In this document: positions 33,863 to 44,204 of the stretch, one piece after another
Layout: the number at the start of each line of letters is the position of its first letter
Numbering within the stretch: the stretch's first letter is position 1
Assembly: GCA_943788175.1 (NCBI GenBank)
Contig: CALSPG010000010.1
Coordinates: 1 to 64,000, forward strand
Direction: 5' to 3'
Length of the DNA stretch: 64,000 nt
From: an uncultured bacterium
Lineage (GTDB): Bacteria; Fidelibacterota; Marinisomatia; Marinisomatales; UBA1611
Program-made: the position numbers and the translations under genes
Notes under the pieces: generated by a model
Seen by the model: only the letters and a program-made list of their open reading frames with translations
Databases searched by the model: none
What the model was told of the DNA's origin: nothing

Positions 33863-35206
33863 TTAACCGCAAATTTTCAAACTAACTACTTTTGCCAAAT
33901 TCATAAGCGAATTAATTCCTGCTTTTTCTATCGAATTAAAATCTGAACCACTTTCTTCAAAGATCTTTTGGTTGAAAAATTCTTCATTTGAATTACTATC
34001 CCGAATGGTTAAGTGACCAGATGCATGAACAAAATTTGGATAAATTTTACTTATTTTATCGGCATTTTCTTGTGTTATGACATCAAGTTCTATCGCAATA
34101 CTCGATTCTTTTTTATTTCTCGTAAAACTCGCAGAATATTTCTTTTCAAAACACTTTTTAATTGCATCAACTACAGGTAAATCTTTTAAACTATTATCGA
34201 AATTATTAAAGCTGTTTTCAAAAAACATATTTGGTGATTTTGGTATTACAGATAATTTGCACTTCTTTGGGCTTAACTTAAAAAGTTTGACTAAATCATC
34301 ATTCAGCAAAACATTAAATGCTACGTTGAATTGAAGCTTATAGCCATTTGTAATTTGGTCTAATGATCTAACTTGGTATTCCATTGAACCATTTTCTTTT
34401 GATATCAATAAATCAGATTCATCAAAGCTCTCAGATCTGGCTTCAATCCATAATCCAGATAACATTTTTCCAGATAATAAATCTTTTGATATTAAAATAA
34501 CTCTTCTGCTTTCATTTACTAATGGCATTTTTTGTAGATAATCTGATTTGTATGCCAACTGAATTCGGTCATTATAAGTATGAGTTATTTTTTTTAATTG
34601 TAGAATTAATTGAACTACATCTTTATCAATATTATTACTACTAATTAATGATCCGTAACCAATATAATTAATTATAAGACCTAAGGATTTTGAAATTCTT
34701 TTAAAGTTTTTTTCAGAAATATCGTCGCTAATATTATTAATAATTTGTTGAGCAAGGTGCAAGGTATCAGACAAATCATTTTCAAAAGCTTTTATAAATG
34801 ATTTTTTATCGAATTTTAACAAAGCATACAAATGATTTTTATCAATGAACTTCTCTGGTTTGGTAAAATATTTTGAGGCTCTTAAAATTCTTTTTTCAAT
34901 AATAACATCCACGTACATACTAAAGTCTAAATTAGTAGAATCAGCAATGTTTTTCAGATGATTTAAAAAGTCATCTTCTATCATTTTTTCCATTTGGTTA
35001 TAGACTAAATCATTCAAGATTGAAGCTTCTTTTTTTTCAACTTTATAGACACTGTAAACATATGCACTATCATGTTGATGGTTTTCTACCCATGCAGGCT
35101 TTATTACTTTTGGGGGCTTCTGTATTATAGGGGCAGGCTTAGATGAGCAACTGACAATAAATATTAATAGAACAAATGAAAAAATATGAATGATAAATCT
35201 CATCAT
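33863..35206 (-). CDS. Hypothetical lipoprotein (LPP20-like N-terminus)
   Basis: Lipobox IVSC, PAWV motif and YALLKFDK segment. Confidence 0.6.
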   Translation of the reverse strand: MMRFIIHIFSFVLLIFIVSCSSKPAPIIQKPPKVIKPAWVENHQHDSAYVYSVYKVEKKEASILNDLVYNQMEKMIEDDFLNHLKNIADSTNLDFSMYVDVIIEKRILRASKYFTKPEKFIDKNHLYALLKFDKKSFIKAFENDLSDTLHLAQQIINNISDDISEKNFKRISKSLGLIINYIGYGSLISSNNIDKDVVQLILQLKKITHTYNDRIQLAYKSDYLQKMPLVNESRRVILISKDLLSGKMLSGLWIEARSESFDESDLLISKENGSMEYQVRSLDQITNGYKLQFNVAFNVLLNDDLVKLFKLSPKKCKLSVIPKSPNMFFENSFNNFDNSLKDLPVVDAIKKCFEKKYSASFTRNKKESSIAIELDVITQENADKISKIYPNFVHASGHLTIRDSNSNEEFFNQKIFEESGSDFNSIEKAGINSLMNLAKVVSLKICG

Positions 35207-35715
35207 AATGATTTGATATGATTTATCAAATCAAGAATCCCCATTTCGGAAAAATCTGTTTTGAAACTTATTTTAGCATTCCCTTTATTTAGAACAACTA
35301 TATAAGGCATGCTATTTATATTAAAAATTCTTGCTGCGATTTTATACTCATCAATTAAAATTGGTACCGTCCAAACATACTTCTGAACCATTGATAACAA
35401 ATCTAAATCGTTATCATAATCACTTATTAAAAAGTATTCAATCTTTGAATTTTGAATACTAGCTCTAATATTCTGTATCTCTGAAATTATTTTTTGAGAT
35501 TTAAAATTTTCATGTCTGATAAACAGAAGGACTAAGTTTTTTTGAATAATTTTATTTTTAAAATGTACATGTTTAGCTGTTCCAAGTTTTTTTAACGATA
35601 TTGTTTTAATACTTTCAGTTAAATATTCGTATTCTGGTAAGGTGATTGCAAAAGAAAAGCTGAAAAAACTAGCAATCAAAGTAATTGCTAGATAAAAATA
35701 TTTATATGTAATCAT
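35203..35715 (-). CDS. Exported thioredoxin-fold (TlpA/AhpC-like) protein lacking CxxC
   Basis: Signal peptide; VLLF..., PILID...IARIFNINSMPYIVVLNKG pattern without cysteines. Confidence 0.5.
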   Translation of the reverse strand: MITYKYFYLAITLIASFFSFSFAITLPEYEYLTESIKTISLKKLGTAKHVHFKNKIIQKNLVLLFIRHENFKSQKIISEIQNIRASIQNSKIEYFLISDYDNDLDLLSMVQKYVWTVPILIDEYKIAARIFNINSMPYIVVLNKGNAKISFKTDFSEMGILDLINHIKSL

Positions 35716-36664
35716 AGTTTGCAAGTATTTCCCTAAAAGCATTGAATTGTTCATAAGTCATGTCAAACTCATATAAATACTTACCTTTAAAATATACTCT
35801 TATTCTATTTGCATCAAAAAAACTTAATATTAAATCTGTATCAACCGAATCGTCAGATTTTTCTTGATTAGCAAACCTTGACTCAACTAATTCTTTATTT
35901 GATTTATTTACATCTATAATTATTCTCTTATTATTATCAGCTAATAATTCTATCTTGTTATAATTCATCCATTGCGGCTCGTGATAGTCTGAACCACTTT
36001 TGTCAATATAAGTTGATTTCATTCTAAACTCACGATCCCCATCTTTATTTACAATCATATATAATTCAATTCCAAAAGATACAGTATGAGCAACCTGACA
36101 TAAAGTTGAACGTAAAGTTCGAAAATATGTTTCTCCAGTCTTTCTATCATAAATAGATTCTACATTAGTCTTTATTGAATCAACCATTTGCGACGCTCTT
36201 TGCTGTTTGCGCTCATTTATTTTTTTTAATCTTAACTGCTCTTTTTCAATCTTCAATTTTTTCTTATTTGCTAAATTATATTTATTTTCAACTTTTTGCC
36301 GATCCCAATCTGGGTATTCCTCTGATAAAAGGATCAAAAGGTTCATACATTCATCAAATTGGCCAGAATCAAAATAACTATGTGCTTGAGAATAAAGTGC
36401 GCCAGGCAATTGGGAGATGCTATCCATTTTAGTTCGCATAATTGACAACTCTTTTTCGAGTATTTTAATTTTTTCTAATTTGCTCTTTAGATTCTTGTTT
36501 TCGCTTTTAACATTTATTATTACAGCTTCTAAATCATCCACTTCTTCTTGAAGATAACTTACTTGACTTTTTAAGTCATCTTTTTGGCAGGCAGCAAAAA
36601 AAAACAAAACTATTGTGACTGAAAAGGCCCAAAAAAGATTTATAGTTTTAATGTGTTTTTTCAT
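35702..36664 (-). CDS. Hypothetical lipoprotein with coiled coil and a TPR-like helix pair
   Basis: Lipobox FAAC, heptad-rich segment, then LYSQAHSYFDSGQFDECM...EEYP. Confidence 0.6.
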   Translation of the reverse strand: MKKHIKTINLFWAFSVTIVLFFFAACQKDDLKSQVSYLQEEVDDLEAVIINVKSENKNLKSKLEKIKILEKELSIMRTKMDSISQLPGALYSQAHSYFDSGQFDECMNLLILLSEEYPDWDRQKVENKYNLANKKKLKIEKEQLRLKKINERKQQRASQMVDSIKTNVESIYDRKTGETYFRTLRSTLCQVAHTVSFGIELYMIVNKDGDREFRMKSTYIDKSGSDYHEPQWMNYNKIELLADNNKRIIIDVNKSNKELVESRFANQEKSDDSVDTDLILSFFDANRIRVYFKGKYLYEFDMTYEQFNAFREILANYDYI

Positions 36665-36670
36665 AAATAA

Positions 36671-37621
36671 TTATTTAAAGTCAAAACCCATTCCGACATA
36701 AAGAGAACCCCAATATGCATTACCACCATTATTAAAATTTATAGTATTAAATCTGCTCGACATTGAAATAGAGCACGGTAAAGAACCTAAAAATAAATTT
36801 AAATTATAGCCAGCTACTAACCCTGAGCCATGGTCGTAATTTTGAGACCCTAAAACCAATTCTTTTACAAGATTTTCTCCACCTATTTTAATTATTTTTG
36901 ATATATTTAGATTAACAACCATACCACTTCCAATTCCGAAATAACTATCTAAAGTGTCAACTGAAGACGCAAAGGAATAGTTACTTGTTTCGTAACCAAC
37001 ATTTGTTAAAAAAGGGCCTATTTTTACACCAAAGGGGAACCGAATATTAAAAGATTTTTCAAAATATGACACTGAATTTGAAAGTGTAGAACCTCTTATT
37101 AATGCCTTACCGAAGTTTCCTCCAATTCTTAATCCGGAGAGGAGGCTTTTCATCGATTTTGAATCTTTAATCTTTTGAATTTTGTTTTCACTATTAATTT
37201 TATTGAGGTTGTTTTTTTTATTAGAAAGACCATCTGCAGTCTGAATTATTTTAGGCATTTTGACTTGGTTACTAGCTTTAACAGAATCACTTTGTTTCAT
37301 TGATGTGTTTTTATCAGTTACGATATCTTCGACTATGACAAATATTGATAATAAAGTATCAATATTGTTATCTATATAAGTTTCAAAACCTGCTTCTCTC
37401 CCACCCCAATCAAAACCATCTTTTAACTGTTCATCTTTGATGCCGAGAGAGTCTAACTTTTTAACTAAAATGTTATAAGCAACATTATCAAACTCATCAG
37501 TTATTTTTAAACCGATTTTTTGTTTTAGGTTGTCAATTTTTTTGGTTTTGGGTTTTTCAAGACCTTCACAGAAAATAACAGAATAGAAAAATAAAATAAA
37601 AGCGAAATATTTACAGGTCAT
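36671..37621 (-). CDS. Hypothetical exported protein with a probable C-terminal beta-barrel
   Basis: Signal peptide; alternating-residue strands ending YVGMGFDFK. Confidence 0.5.
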   Translation of the reverse strand: MTCKYFAFILFFYSVIFCEGLEKPKTKKIDNLKQKIGLKITDEFDNVAYNILVKKLDSLGIKDEQLKDGFDWGGREAGFETYIDNNIDTLLSIFVIVEDIVTDKNTSMKQSDSVKASNQVKMPKIIQTADGLSNKKNNLNKINSENKIQKIKDSKSMKSLLSGLRIGGNFGKALIRGSTLSNSVSYFEKSFNIRFPFGVKIGPFLTNVGYETSNYSFASSVDTLDSYFGIGSGMVVNLNISKIIKIGGENLVKELVLGSQNYDHGSGLVAGYNLNLFLGSLPCSISMSSRFNTINFNNGGNAYWGSLYVGMGFDFK

Positions 37622-39182
37622 CGTCATTAAAAAACTGTGATAGTACTTTTTTGGGAGGTGGGTCAGTGAAAAGGCTTACAAATATCAATGCAAAAACAGA
37701 CAATCCGGCTGCTGGGTATGTTAGTTCTTGTAAAAAAGGATGAAGGTTTTTAAAACCGCTCCAATTTGGTAACAAATATGTCCATATAATTGTAATACTA
37801 GAACCCGTTAAAATAGAAATGGCAGCACCTTCTTTTGTGGCTCTTTTCCAAAGAAAAGCAGCTAATAATGCAGGGGTGAGAGAAGCACCGTATATATTGT
37901 AAGCCGTAAACGCAGCGTTAAGAACTGTTTTAAATTGACTTACTAAAAGAAACGCTATCAGACCTAAAAATAGAACGAGCATACGACTAATGAAGATAAC
38001 TTTTTTCTCAGTTGCATTTTTATTAATATATTTTTGATAGACATCTCTTGTCAAGTTTGTAGCTGGAATTAATAAAAACGAATCAGCTGTAGAAACAATA
38101 ATTGCCATCATCGTGGAAACTAAGATTAAACCAATTATTAGTGGCAAACCTCCATGTATTGCTATAGCGGGAATGACTGATTCACTTCCAGACTGCCTAG
38201 CTGAGAGCAATTCATCTTCGGATGGAGATAATCCTAATATTTCAGCATTTCGAACGACTATTCCTTGTTCGTTTTGAACAATATCAGGCATGATACCCTG
38301 CTCAGCTGCAACACTTCCTGTTAGTCCAAGAAAAGAGATACTCGATTCTAGAATCACAACACCAACAACCCAGAAAAAGACTGCTTTTTTTGCAGAACCG
38401 CCATCCTTTGCACTAAAAATTCTTTGATACATATTTGCATCACCCATTAGAAGAAGCATTGTGGGAACAAAAAAACTAAGGGCAATTATAGGGCCAGAAA
38501 TATCTCCAGTGCGTTCGGCTGACCAATTGCCAAACAGGCTCCACTTACCTGCCTGATCAGCAATTTGTATCATTTCCTCAATGCCACCAATATTTATCAA
38601 CATAAACATTAGTGCAGCTAGAACACCGATCGTAATCAAAACTCCATTTACAACATCAGTGTAGACAACTGAAAACATACCTGCCAGGACAGTGTAAGAA
38701 ATTGCAAATACCGCTGTAATAATAATCCCAATCTCTAGCGATATCATACCATTTGAAACCATTTCTAAGACCTTACCACCGCCTCTAAATTGATACGATA
38801 CAATAGTCGTATAAGCGATAACCGTAATAATTGTCGCTAATAATGCAGCAAATCGTCCATAGCGAATCTCAAAAATATCAGGAACAGTTATTTTGCCAAA
38901 GTTTCTGATTCTTTTAGCTATGAAGTAAATGAGTGTTATACCTAACCATGCACCAGCACTTGACCAAAGAGCAGCTGGCCCGTTACGGTAACCTAATCCA
39001 GCACCACTAAACAACGATCCACTTCCCATCCACGTTGCAAGTAAAGTGCCTACTAGGATATACCAAGGTAAAACTCTTCCAGCGACCATAAAATCTTCGC
39101 TATTTTTTACCATTTTGGTTTTATAAATACCAACACCGACTAGAGCAAAAAGATAGATAGCAATAGAGACAGTATATATCAT
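37611..39182 (-). CDS. Sodium:solute symporter (SSS family)
   Basis: DFMVAGR, ATWMGSG, GMFSVVYTD, YQRIFSAKD and STADS; many transmembrane helices. Confidence 0.92.
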   Translation of the reverse strand: MIYTVSIAIYLFALVGVGIYKTKMVKNSEDFMVAGRVLPWYILVGTLLATWMGSGSLFSGAGLGYRNGPAALWSSAGAWLGITLIYFIAKRIRNFGKITVPDIFEIRYGRFAALLATIITVIAYTTIVSYQFRGGGKVLEMVSNGMISLEIGIIITAVFAISYTVLAGMFSVVYTDVVNGVLITIGVLAALMFMLINIGGIEEMIQIADQAGKWSLFGNWSAERTGDISGPIIALSFFVPTMLLLMGDANMYQRIFSAKDGGSAKKAVFFWVVGVVILESSISFLGLTGSVAAEQGIMPDIVQNEQGIVVRNAEILGLSPSEDELLSARQSGSESVIPAIAIHGGLPLIIGLILVSTMMAIIVSTADSFLLIPATNLTRDVYQKYINKNATEKKVIFISRMLVLFLGLIAFLLVSQFKTVLNAAFTAYNIYGASLTPALLAAFLWKRATKEGAAISILTGSSITIIWTYLLPNWSGFKNLHPFLQELTYPAAGLSVFALIFVSLFTDPPPKKVLSQFFNDDDL

Positions 39183-39291
39183 TATATTAAAATATATCTG
39201 CTTCTATTGTCTAAATACAGAACTATTTATTTAAACATTTAATATAAATTAACTTTAATATGCGTATCAGATATAAAAGAACTTATTTATC

Positions 39292-41442
39292 ATGATTAAA
39301 AACCCAAACTACCTATTATTACTTCTATTAGTTATAGTAGGCTGTTCGAAAAAAAATGAAAGAGGCGGTAAAATGAACAGACTCGGAGAATCTCAAAGTC
39401 CTTATTTACTTCAACACAAAAATAACCCCGTTGATTGGTACCCTTGGAGTGAAGATGCTTTCAATAAGGCAAAAAAACAAAACAAACCGATTTTTCTATC
39501 CATTGGATATTCAACTTGTCATTGGTGTCATGTTATGGAACATGAATCTTTTGAAGATAATGAAGTCGCTAAACTGATGAATGATAATTTTATTTCAATC
39601 AAAGTCGATCGTGAAGAAATGCCAGAAATTGACCATCTTTACATGTCAGTTTGTCAAGCGATGACTGGCAGAGGTGGATGGCCATTGACGATTGTAATGA
39701 CACCGGAGAAAGAACCTTTTTTCGCAGGAACTTACTTCCCTAAAAAAGGTAACAACAACCAGCCTGGCATGATGGAACTCATTCCATCTTTAATGAATGC
39801 CTGGAATAATAAACAAGATGATATAAAAAAAACAATTGAACAAGTAAATAACTACTTAATAAGGTCAAATAATTACGAAGGCAGTAAGCAGATAAATGAA
39901 GAAACAATTAAAAATGCATTTGTGAACTTTAGCAAAAGATTTGATAATGAGTTTGGCGGTTTCGGGGACTCGCCGAAGTTTCCATCTCCTCACAACCTCA
40001 TTTTTTTACTTCGCTATTATAAAACTTATGGTGATACGATTGCAAAAAACATGGCCATTGAAACACTTCAGCATATGAGGGCTGGAGGAATTTTTGATCA
40101 TATCGGATATGGTTTCCATCGTTATGCTACAGACAAACGCTGGTTTCTACCTCACTTTGAAAAAATGCTCTATGACCAAGCCATGATTTCAATGGCATAC
40201 TTAGAAGCTTTTAAAGCGACAAAAGATAAAAGTCTAGCAAAAACCACTGAGGATATTTTTACATATGTAATTCGAGATATGATGAAAAAAAATGGAGGTT
40301 TTTATTCAGCTGAAGATGCAGATAGTGAAGGTGAGGAAGGCAAATTTTACATTTGGACGGATAAAGAAATAAATCATGTCTTAGGCAAAGAAAAAGGAGA
40401 AATTTTTCAAAAAGTATATGGAATAAGAAGAGAAGGAAATTTTATCGATGAAGCATCAGGTCGTGCAATGCCTGGGAACATACCTTTTTTAAAGTCAAGT
40501 TTACCTGCATTTGCAAAATTAGAGAACCTAGATATAAATGAACTGTCTAAATCAATTGATGAAAGTAGAGAGCTTTTATTTATTGAAAGAGAAAAAAGAA
40601 TTCACCCTCTAAAAGATGATAAGATATTAACAGATTGGAATGGGCTAATGATTGCTGCCATGGCAAAAGGCGGAAAAATTTTAAAAAAGCCTGTTTACAT
40701 AGATGCTGCCATTAAATCTGCTGATTTCATTATTAAAAATTTGAGAGATAGTGACGGAAAACTCAAAAAAAGGTATAGAAATAATCAGGCTGGATTACAA
40801 CCACATATAGATGACTATGCATTTTTTATTTGGGGTATTCTAGAACTATATGAAGCAACATTCGAAACTCGCTTTCTAATGTCTGCTTTAGAATTATCAA
40901 AAATCATGGTTGATGATTTTTATGATGAAAAAAAGGGCGGGTTTTTTATTGGCCCAAATGACGGGGAAAAACTAATTATTAGAGCCAAAGATAGCTATGA
41001 TGGAGCTATTCCTTCGGGCAATGCAGTTGCAGCAATGAATTGTATAAAATTAAGTAAGTATACTGGTGACTTGAAGTGGGAAAAAATCGCATTCAAAACA
41101 ATTAAAGCTTTTTCAAACAAAATTAACCAAGCTCCTTCAGCTCATGCTTCAATGTTAAGTTCATTTATGTTCGGAACAAAAAATCCAAAAGAAATAGTCG
41201 TTGTGGGCAAAGAGCTGAATGGCGAAGTAATTGATAAAATTAAACAGCTTCAAAGTAATTATAACCCCCATACTATTTATATATTTAAATCATCAAATGG
41301 TGACTCTGATTTGGACAATATTGCACCCTGGACTAAAACACACCATTCAATAAATAATAAAACAACTTATTATATTTGTGAGAATTTTTCCTGCAAAATG
41401 CCCACAACTGAAATTAAAACAGCTTTGAATTATCTTGATTAA
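39292..41442 (+). CDS. YyaL/SSP411-family thioredoxin-domain protein
   Basis: NRL...[50 protein letters not shown] and [11 protein letters not shown]. The N-terminal IVGC may be a lipobox. Confidence 0.92.
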   Translation: MIKNPNYLLLLLLVIVGCSKKNERGGKMNRLGESQSPYLLQHKNNPVDWYPWSEDAFNKAKKQNKPIFLSIGYSTCHWCHVMEHESFEDNEVAKLMNDNFISIKVDREEMPEIDHLYMSVCQAMTGRGGWPLTIVMTPEKEPFFAGTYFPKKGNNNQPGMMELIPSLMNAWNNKQDDIKKTIEQVNNYLIRSNNYEGSKQINEETIKNAFVNFSKRFDNEFGGFGDSPKFPSPHNLIFLLRYYKTYGDTIAKNMAIETLQHMRAGGIFDHIGYGFHRYATDKRWFLPHFEKMLYDQAMISMAYLEAFKATKDKSLAKTTEDIFTYVIRDMMKKNGGFYSAEDADSEGEEGKFYIWTDKEINHVLGKEKGEIFQKVYGIRREGNFIDEASGRAMPGNIPFLKSSLPAFAKLENLDINELSKSIDESRELLFIEREKRIHPLKDDKILTDWNGLMIAAMAKGGKILKKPVYIDAAIKSADFIIKNLRDSDGKLKKRYRNNQAGLQPHIDDYAFFIWGILELYEATFETRFLMSALELSKIMVDDFYDEKKGGFFIGPNDGEKLIIRAKDSYDGAIPSGNAVAAMNCIKLSKYTGDLKWEKIAFKTIKAFSNKINQAPSAHASMLSSFMFGTKNPKEIVVVGKELNGEVIDKIKQLQSNYNPHTIYIFKSSNGDSDLDNIAPWTKTHHSINNKTTYYICENFSCKMPTTEIKTALNYLD

Positions 41443-41500
41443 TTATCTTGAATATATTTTTTCAAATTTTAATTATTAGTGATACATTGCAAGGCTGCAT

Positions 41501-42793
41501 ATGAAAAATCTAGCATTACATTGGAAAATCATCATAGGATTAGTTTTAGGGCTAATATATGGAATAATAAGCGCATCTAATGGTTGGGGTACATTTACCA
41601 CCAATTGGATTGCTCCTTTTGGCACAATATTTATTAATTTGCTAAAACTCATAGCAGTTCCATTAGTATTTGCTTCCTTAGTATTAGGTGTAGCCTCACT
41701 ATCAGATACTAAAAAACTATCAAGGATAGGTGGAAAAACAATTTTAATATATTTATCTACTACATTGATATCTGTTATAATTGGACTTTTTCTAGTGAAT
41801 TCTTTAAAGCCTGGGAACCAGATTCCAGAACAGATGAAAATTGAACTCCAAGATACTTATAAAAAAAACCTGGAGTCAAAAACTGATAATGCTGAAAAAG
41901 TGAAAAAAAGAGGTCCTTTAAAACCGCTTGTTGACATGGTCCCAAATAATATTGTTTTTTCAGCATCAAATAATAGAAATATGCTACAGATTGTTTTTGT
42001 AGCAATTCTAGTAGGCATCGGACTTATTCAAATACCAAAGAATAAATCAAAAGAGTTTTTAGGTTTTTTTGAGGGTCTAAACGAAGTAGTTCTTAAAGTA
42101 ATTGATATAATTATGCTTATGGCACCTTTAGGAGTTTTTGCACTTATTTCCCAAACAATTAATAAGGTAGTTGGCGATAACATCAGCCAGGTAATAGAAC
42201 TCATCAGTGCATTAGGATTCTATATGTTCACGTTAACATTAGGTCTCTTTTTACATGTTATTATTACTTATCTATCGCTGTTAAAAATTTATTCTAGAAT
42301 GCCCATAGAAAAATTTTTTAAAGGCATAGCACCTGCTCAATTATTAGCATTTTCTACAAGCTCTAGTGGAGCCACATTGCCAATAACCATGGAAAGATGC
42401 GAAGAGGAGCTCGGCGTATCTGAGGAGGTATCATCTTTTGTCTTGCCTCTTGGCGCAACCATAAACATGGATGGAACAGCACAGTATCAAGCTGTAGCAG
42501 CAGTATTTATTTCTCAGGCACTAGGTATGGATTTATCATTAACGGATCAAGTCACGATTGTTTTGACAACAGTTTTAGCCTCAATTGGTACAGCAGCGGT
42601 ACCAGCAGCAGGTATTATTATGTTAATTATTATACTAGAATCAGTAGGAGTTCCAAGTGCTGGTGTTGCTCTTATTCTAGGCGTAGATAGAATTTTAGAC
42701 ATGATTAGAACTACCGTAAATGTAACTGGAGATGCAGCTGTTGCGGTTTCAGTAGCAAGTAGCGAAAAGCAATTAAAATCATATAGTAAATAA
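41501..42793 (+). CDS. Dicarboxylate/amino acid:cation symporter (GltP/DctA family)
   Basis: AFSTSSSGATLP, LPLGATINMDG and DRILDMIRTTVNVTGD. Confidence 0.95.
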   Translation: MKNLALHWKIIIGLVLGLIYGIISASNGWGTFTTNWIAPFGTIFINLLKLIAVPLVFASLVLGVASLSDTKKLSRIGGKTILIYLSTTLISVIIGLFLVNSLKPGNQIPEQMKIELQDTYKKNLESKTDNAEKVKKRGPLKPLVDMVPNNIVFSASNNRNMLQIVFVAILVGIGLIQIPKNKSKEFLGFFEGLNEVVLKVIDIIMLMAPLGVFALISQTINKVVGDNISQVIELISALGFYMFTLTLGLFLHVIITYLSLLKIYSRMPIEKFFKGIAPAQLLAFSTSSSGATLPITMERCEEELGVSEEVSSFVLPLGATINMDGTAQYQAVAAVFISQALGMDLSLTDQVTIVLTTVLASIGTAAVPAAGIIMLIIILESVGVPSAGVALILGVDRILDMIRTTVNVTGDAAVAVSVASSEKQLKSYSK

Positions 42794-42844
42794 TGTTTTT
42801 TATAAAGCATAAAGGGAATAATTTCCATGATAATTAAAAAAATA

Positions 42845-43019
42845 ATTTGGGCGGGTTCTGTTAATTCCGGATCGACAATTATATAATTAGGAGGCTGTAC
42901 TTCGTTTTCAAAAAACAGGCCTTTCCAAATTTTAATTTGGATCAAGGAAGTTTGCTAAAAGCGGGAGGCCACCACCGTTCTTTAAACTAAGAAGGGTCCT
43001 GAAAACTGCCTGCCCATAT
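42845..43019 (+). ncRNA. ssrS: Probable 6S RNA
   Basis: ~170 nt GC-enriched rod. Closing stem UGGGCGGG (42848-55)/CCUGCCCA (43009-16); GGAUC/GGUCC and GGAGGC/GCCACC helices flank an A/U-rich central bubble; apical hairpin UCCAAAUU/AAUUUGGA. Motif order GAUCGACA...GGAGGC...GGCCACCACC...GGGUCC resembles known 6S RNAs. Confidence 0.7.
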
Positions 43020-43029
43020 TTCTAAAAAT

Positions 43030-44193
43030 ATGAATAATAATAATAATAATAATAAAAGAAATAGAATTCCGAGAGGCTATCTTCCTGAAGATTCTGATAG
43101 ACGTCTAGATTGGCTCAAGAATGAACATGATTTTGAATTAAAAAACCTGCCACCTAATGAAACTGAAGAGTTAAAAGGTATTATAGAAAACCATGTCGGT
43201 TTTATGCAAATGCCAATGGCAATTGCTGGACCAGCAATCATTGATGGTAAATATGCTAAAGGTGAGTTTGCAATACCTTTATGTACAATTGAAGGTAGTT
43301 TAGCGGCATCAATGAATCGCGGTCTTTATGCATCCTCTTTATGCGGTGGAATGAAGGTAAAACACTTTCGTCAAGAGCTTTCAAGATCACCAATTTTTAT
43401 TTTTGATGATTTAAAAAAGAGTGATAAATTTCAAAACTGGGTAAATGAGCACTTAGATAAAATCAAAAAAGCAGCGCAATCTACCACACAATACGGTAAA
43501 GTGATTCGAATTGATCAATATGCAATTCAAAATTATGTTTTATTAGATTTTATTCTTGATACTGGGAATGCTGCCGGGCAAAACATGGTAACTCTAGCCA
43601 CAAATGTTGCTTGTGAATATATTAGACAAGAAACGGGACATAAATTTTTTCTTGATTCAAATTTAGCCAGCGATAAAAAAGCATCTTCTAGGAACATGAT
43701 ACTCGGCAGAGGTCACGGTGTTATTGCAGAAACGCACATAACAAAATCCGTTATGTCTAGGGTCCTTAATGTTGATCCCGATTTTGTTATAGAAAATTGG
43801 ACTTACTTTCCTATTGTATCAGCGATGGCGGGAACCCTTGGAAATGCCATCCATGCTTCAAACGCTCTGACAGCAATTTACATTGCAACGGGTCAAGATA
43901 CTGCCTGCGTTGCAGAAAACTCTGTTGGACATTTTACAGTGGAAAAAGTTGACGACGGTATTACTTGGAGATTAACCTTACCATCAATGACTGTTGGCAC
44001 AGTTGGTGGCGGAACTAGATTAAATCAACAACAACAAAACTTACAACTTTTAGGCTGCGACAGTAGTGAGCATTCATCTAGAAAGCTTGCTGAAATCATA
44101 GCTGCAGCTGCTTTAGGTCTAGAAATTTCATTAGGATCAGCAATCATGTCCCATACATGGACAAGTGCGCATATGAAATACGGTAGAAAATAA
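43030..44193 (+). CDS. Class I-like HMG-CoA reductase homologue
   Basis: ENHVG, PLCTIEGSLAASMNRG, LSRSP, TGNAAGQNM, SDKK, ATGQD, GTVGGGT and C-terminal SAHMKYGR. Confidence 0.9.
   Translation: MNNNNNNNKRNRIPRGYLPEDSDRRLDWLKNEHDFELKNLPPNETEELKGIIENHVGFMQMPMAIAGPAIIDGKYAKGEFAIPLCTIEGSLAASMNRGLYASSLCGGMKVKHFRQELSRSPIFIFDDLKKSDKFQNWVNEHLDKIKKAAQSTTQYGKVIRIDQYAIQNYVLLDFILDTGNAAGQNMVTLATNVACEYIRQETGHKFFLDSNLASDKKASSRNMILGRGHGVIAETHITKSVMSRVLNVDPDFVIENWTYFPIVSAMAGTLGNAIHASNALTAIYIATGQDTACVAENSVGHFTVEKVDDGITWRLTLPSMTVGTVGGGTRLNQQQQNLQLLGCDSSEHSSRKLAEIIAAAALGLEISLGSAIMSHTWTSAHMKYGRK
43033..43053 (+). repeat. (AAT)7 trinucleotide repeat encoding an N-terminal poly-Asn
   Basis: atg followed by aat x7. 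Confidence 0.9.
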
Positions 44194-44204
44194 AAAACAC
44201 TACT

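Noticed and set aside
42547-42945. 132 aa minus-strand ORF
   Set aside because: Antisense to the symporter and the 6S RNA, with no recognisable motifs.
42845-43019. tmRNA, SRP RNA or cobalamin riboswitch
   Set aside because: Too short for tmRNA, and its CCACCA is internal; no SRP helix 8 or B12-box. A rod with a central bubble fits 6S better.
43030-44193. HMGR as evidence of a mevalonate-pathway operon
   Set aside because: No HMG-CoA synthase, mevalonate kinases, decarboxylase or IDI nearby; the neighbours are glycerolipid enzymes.
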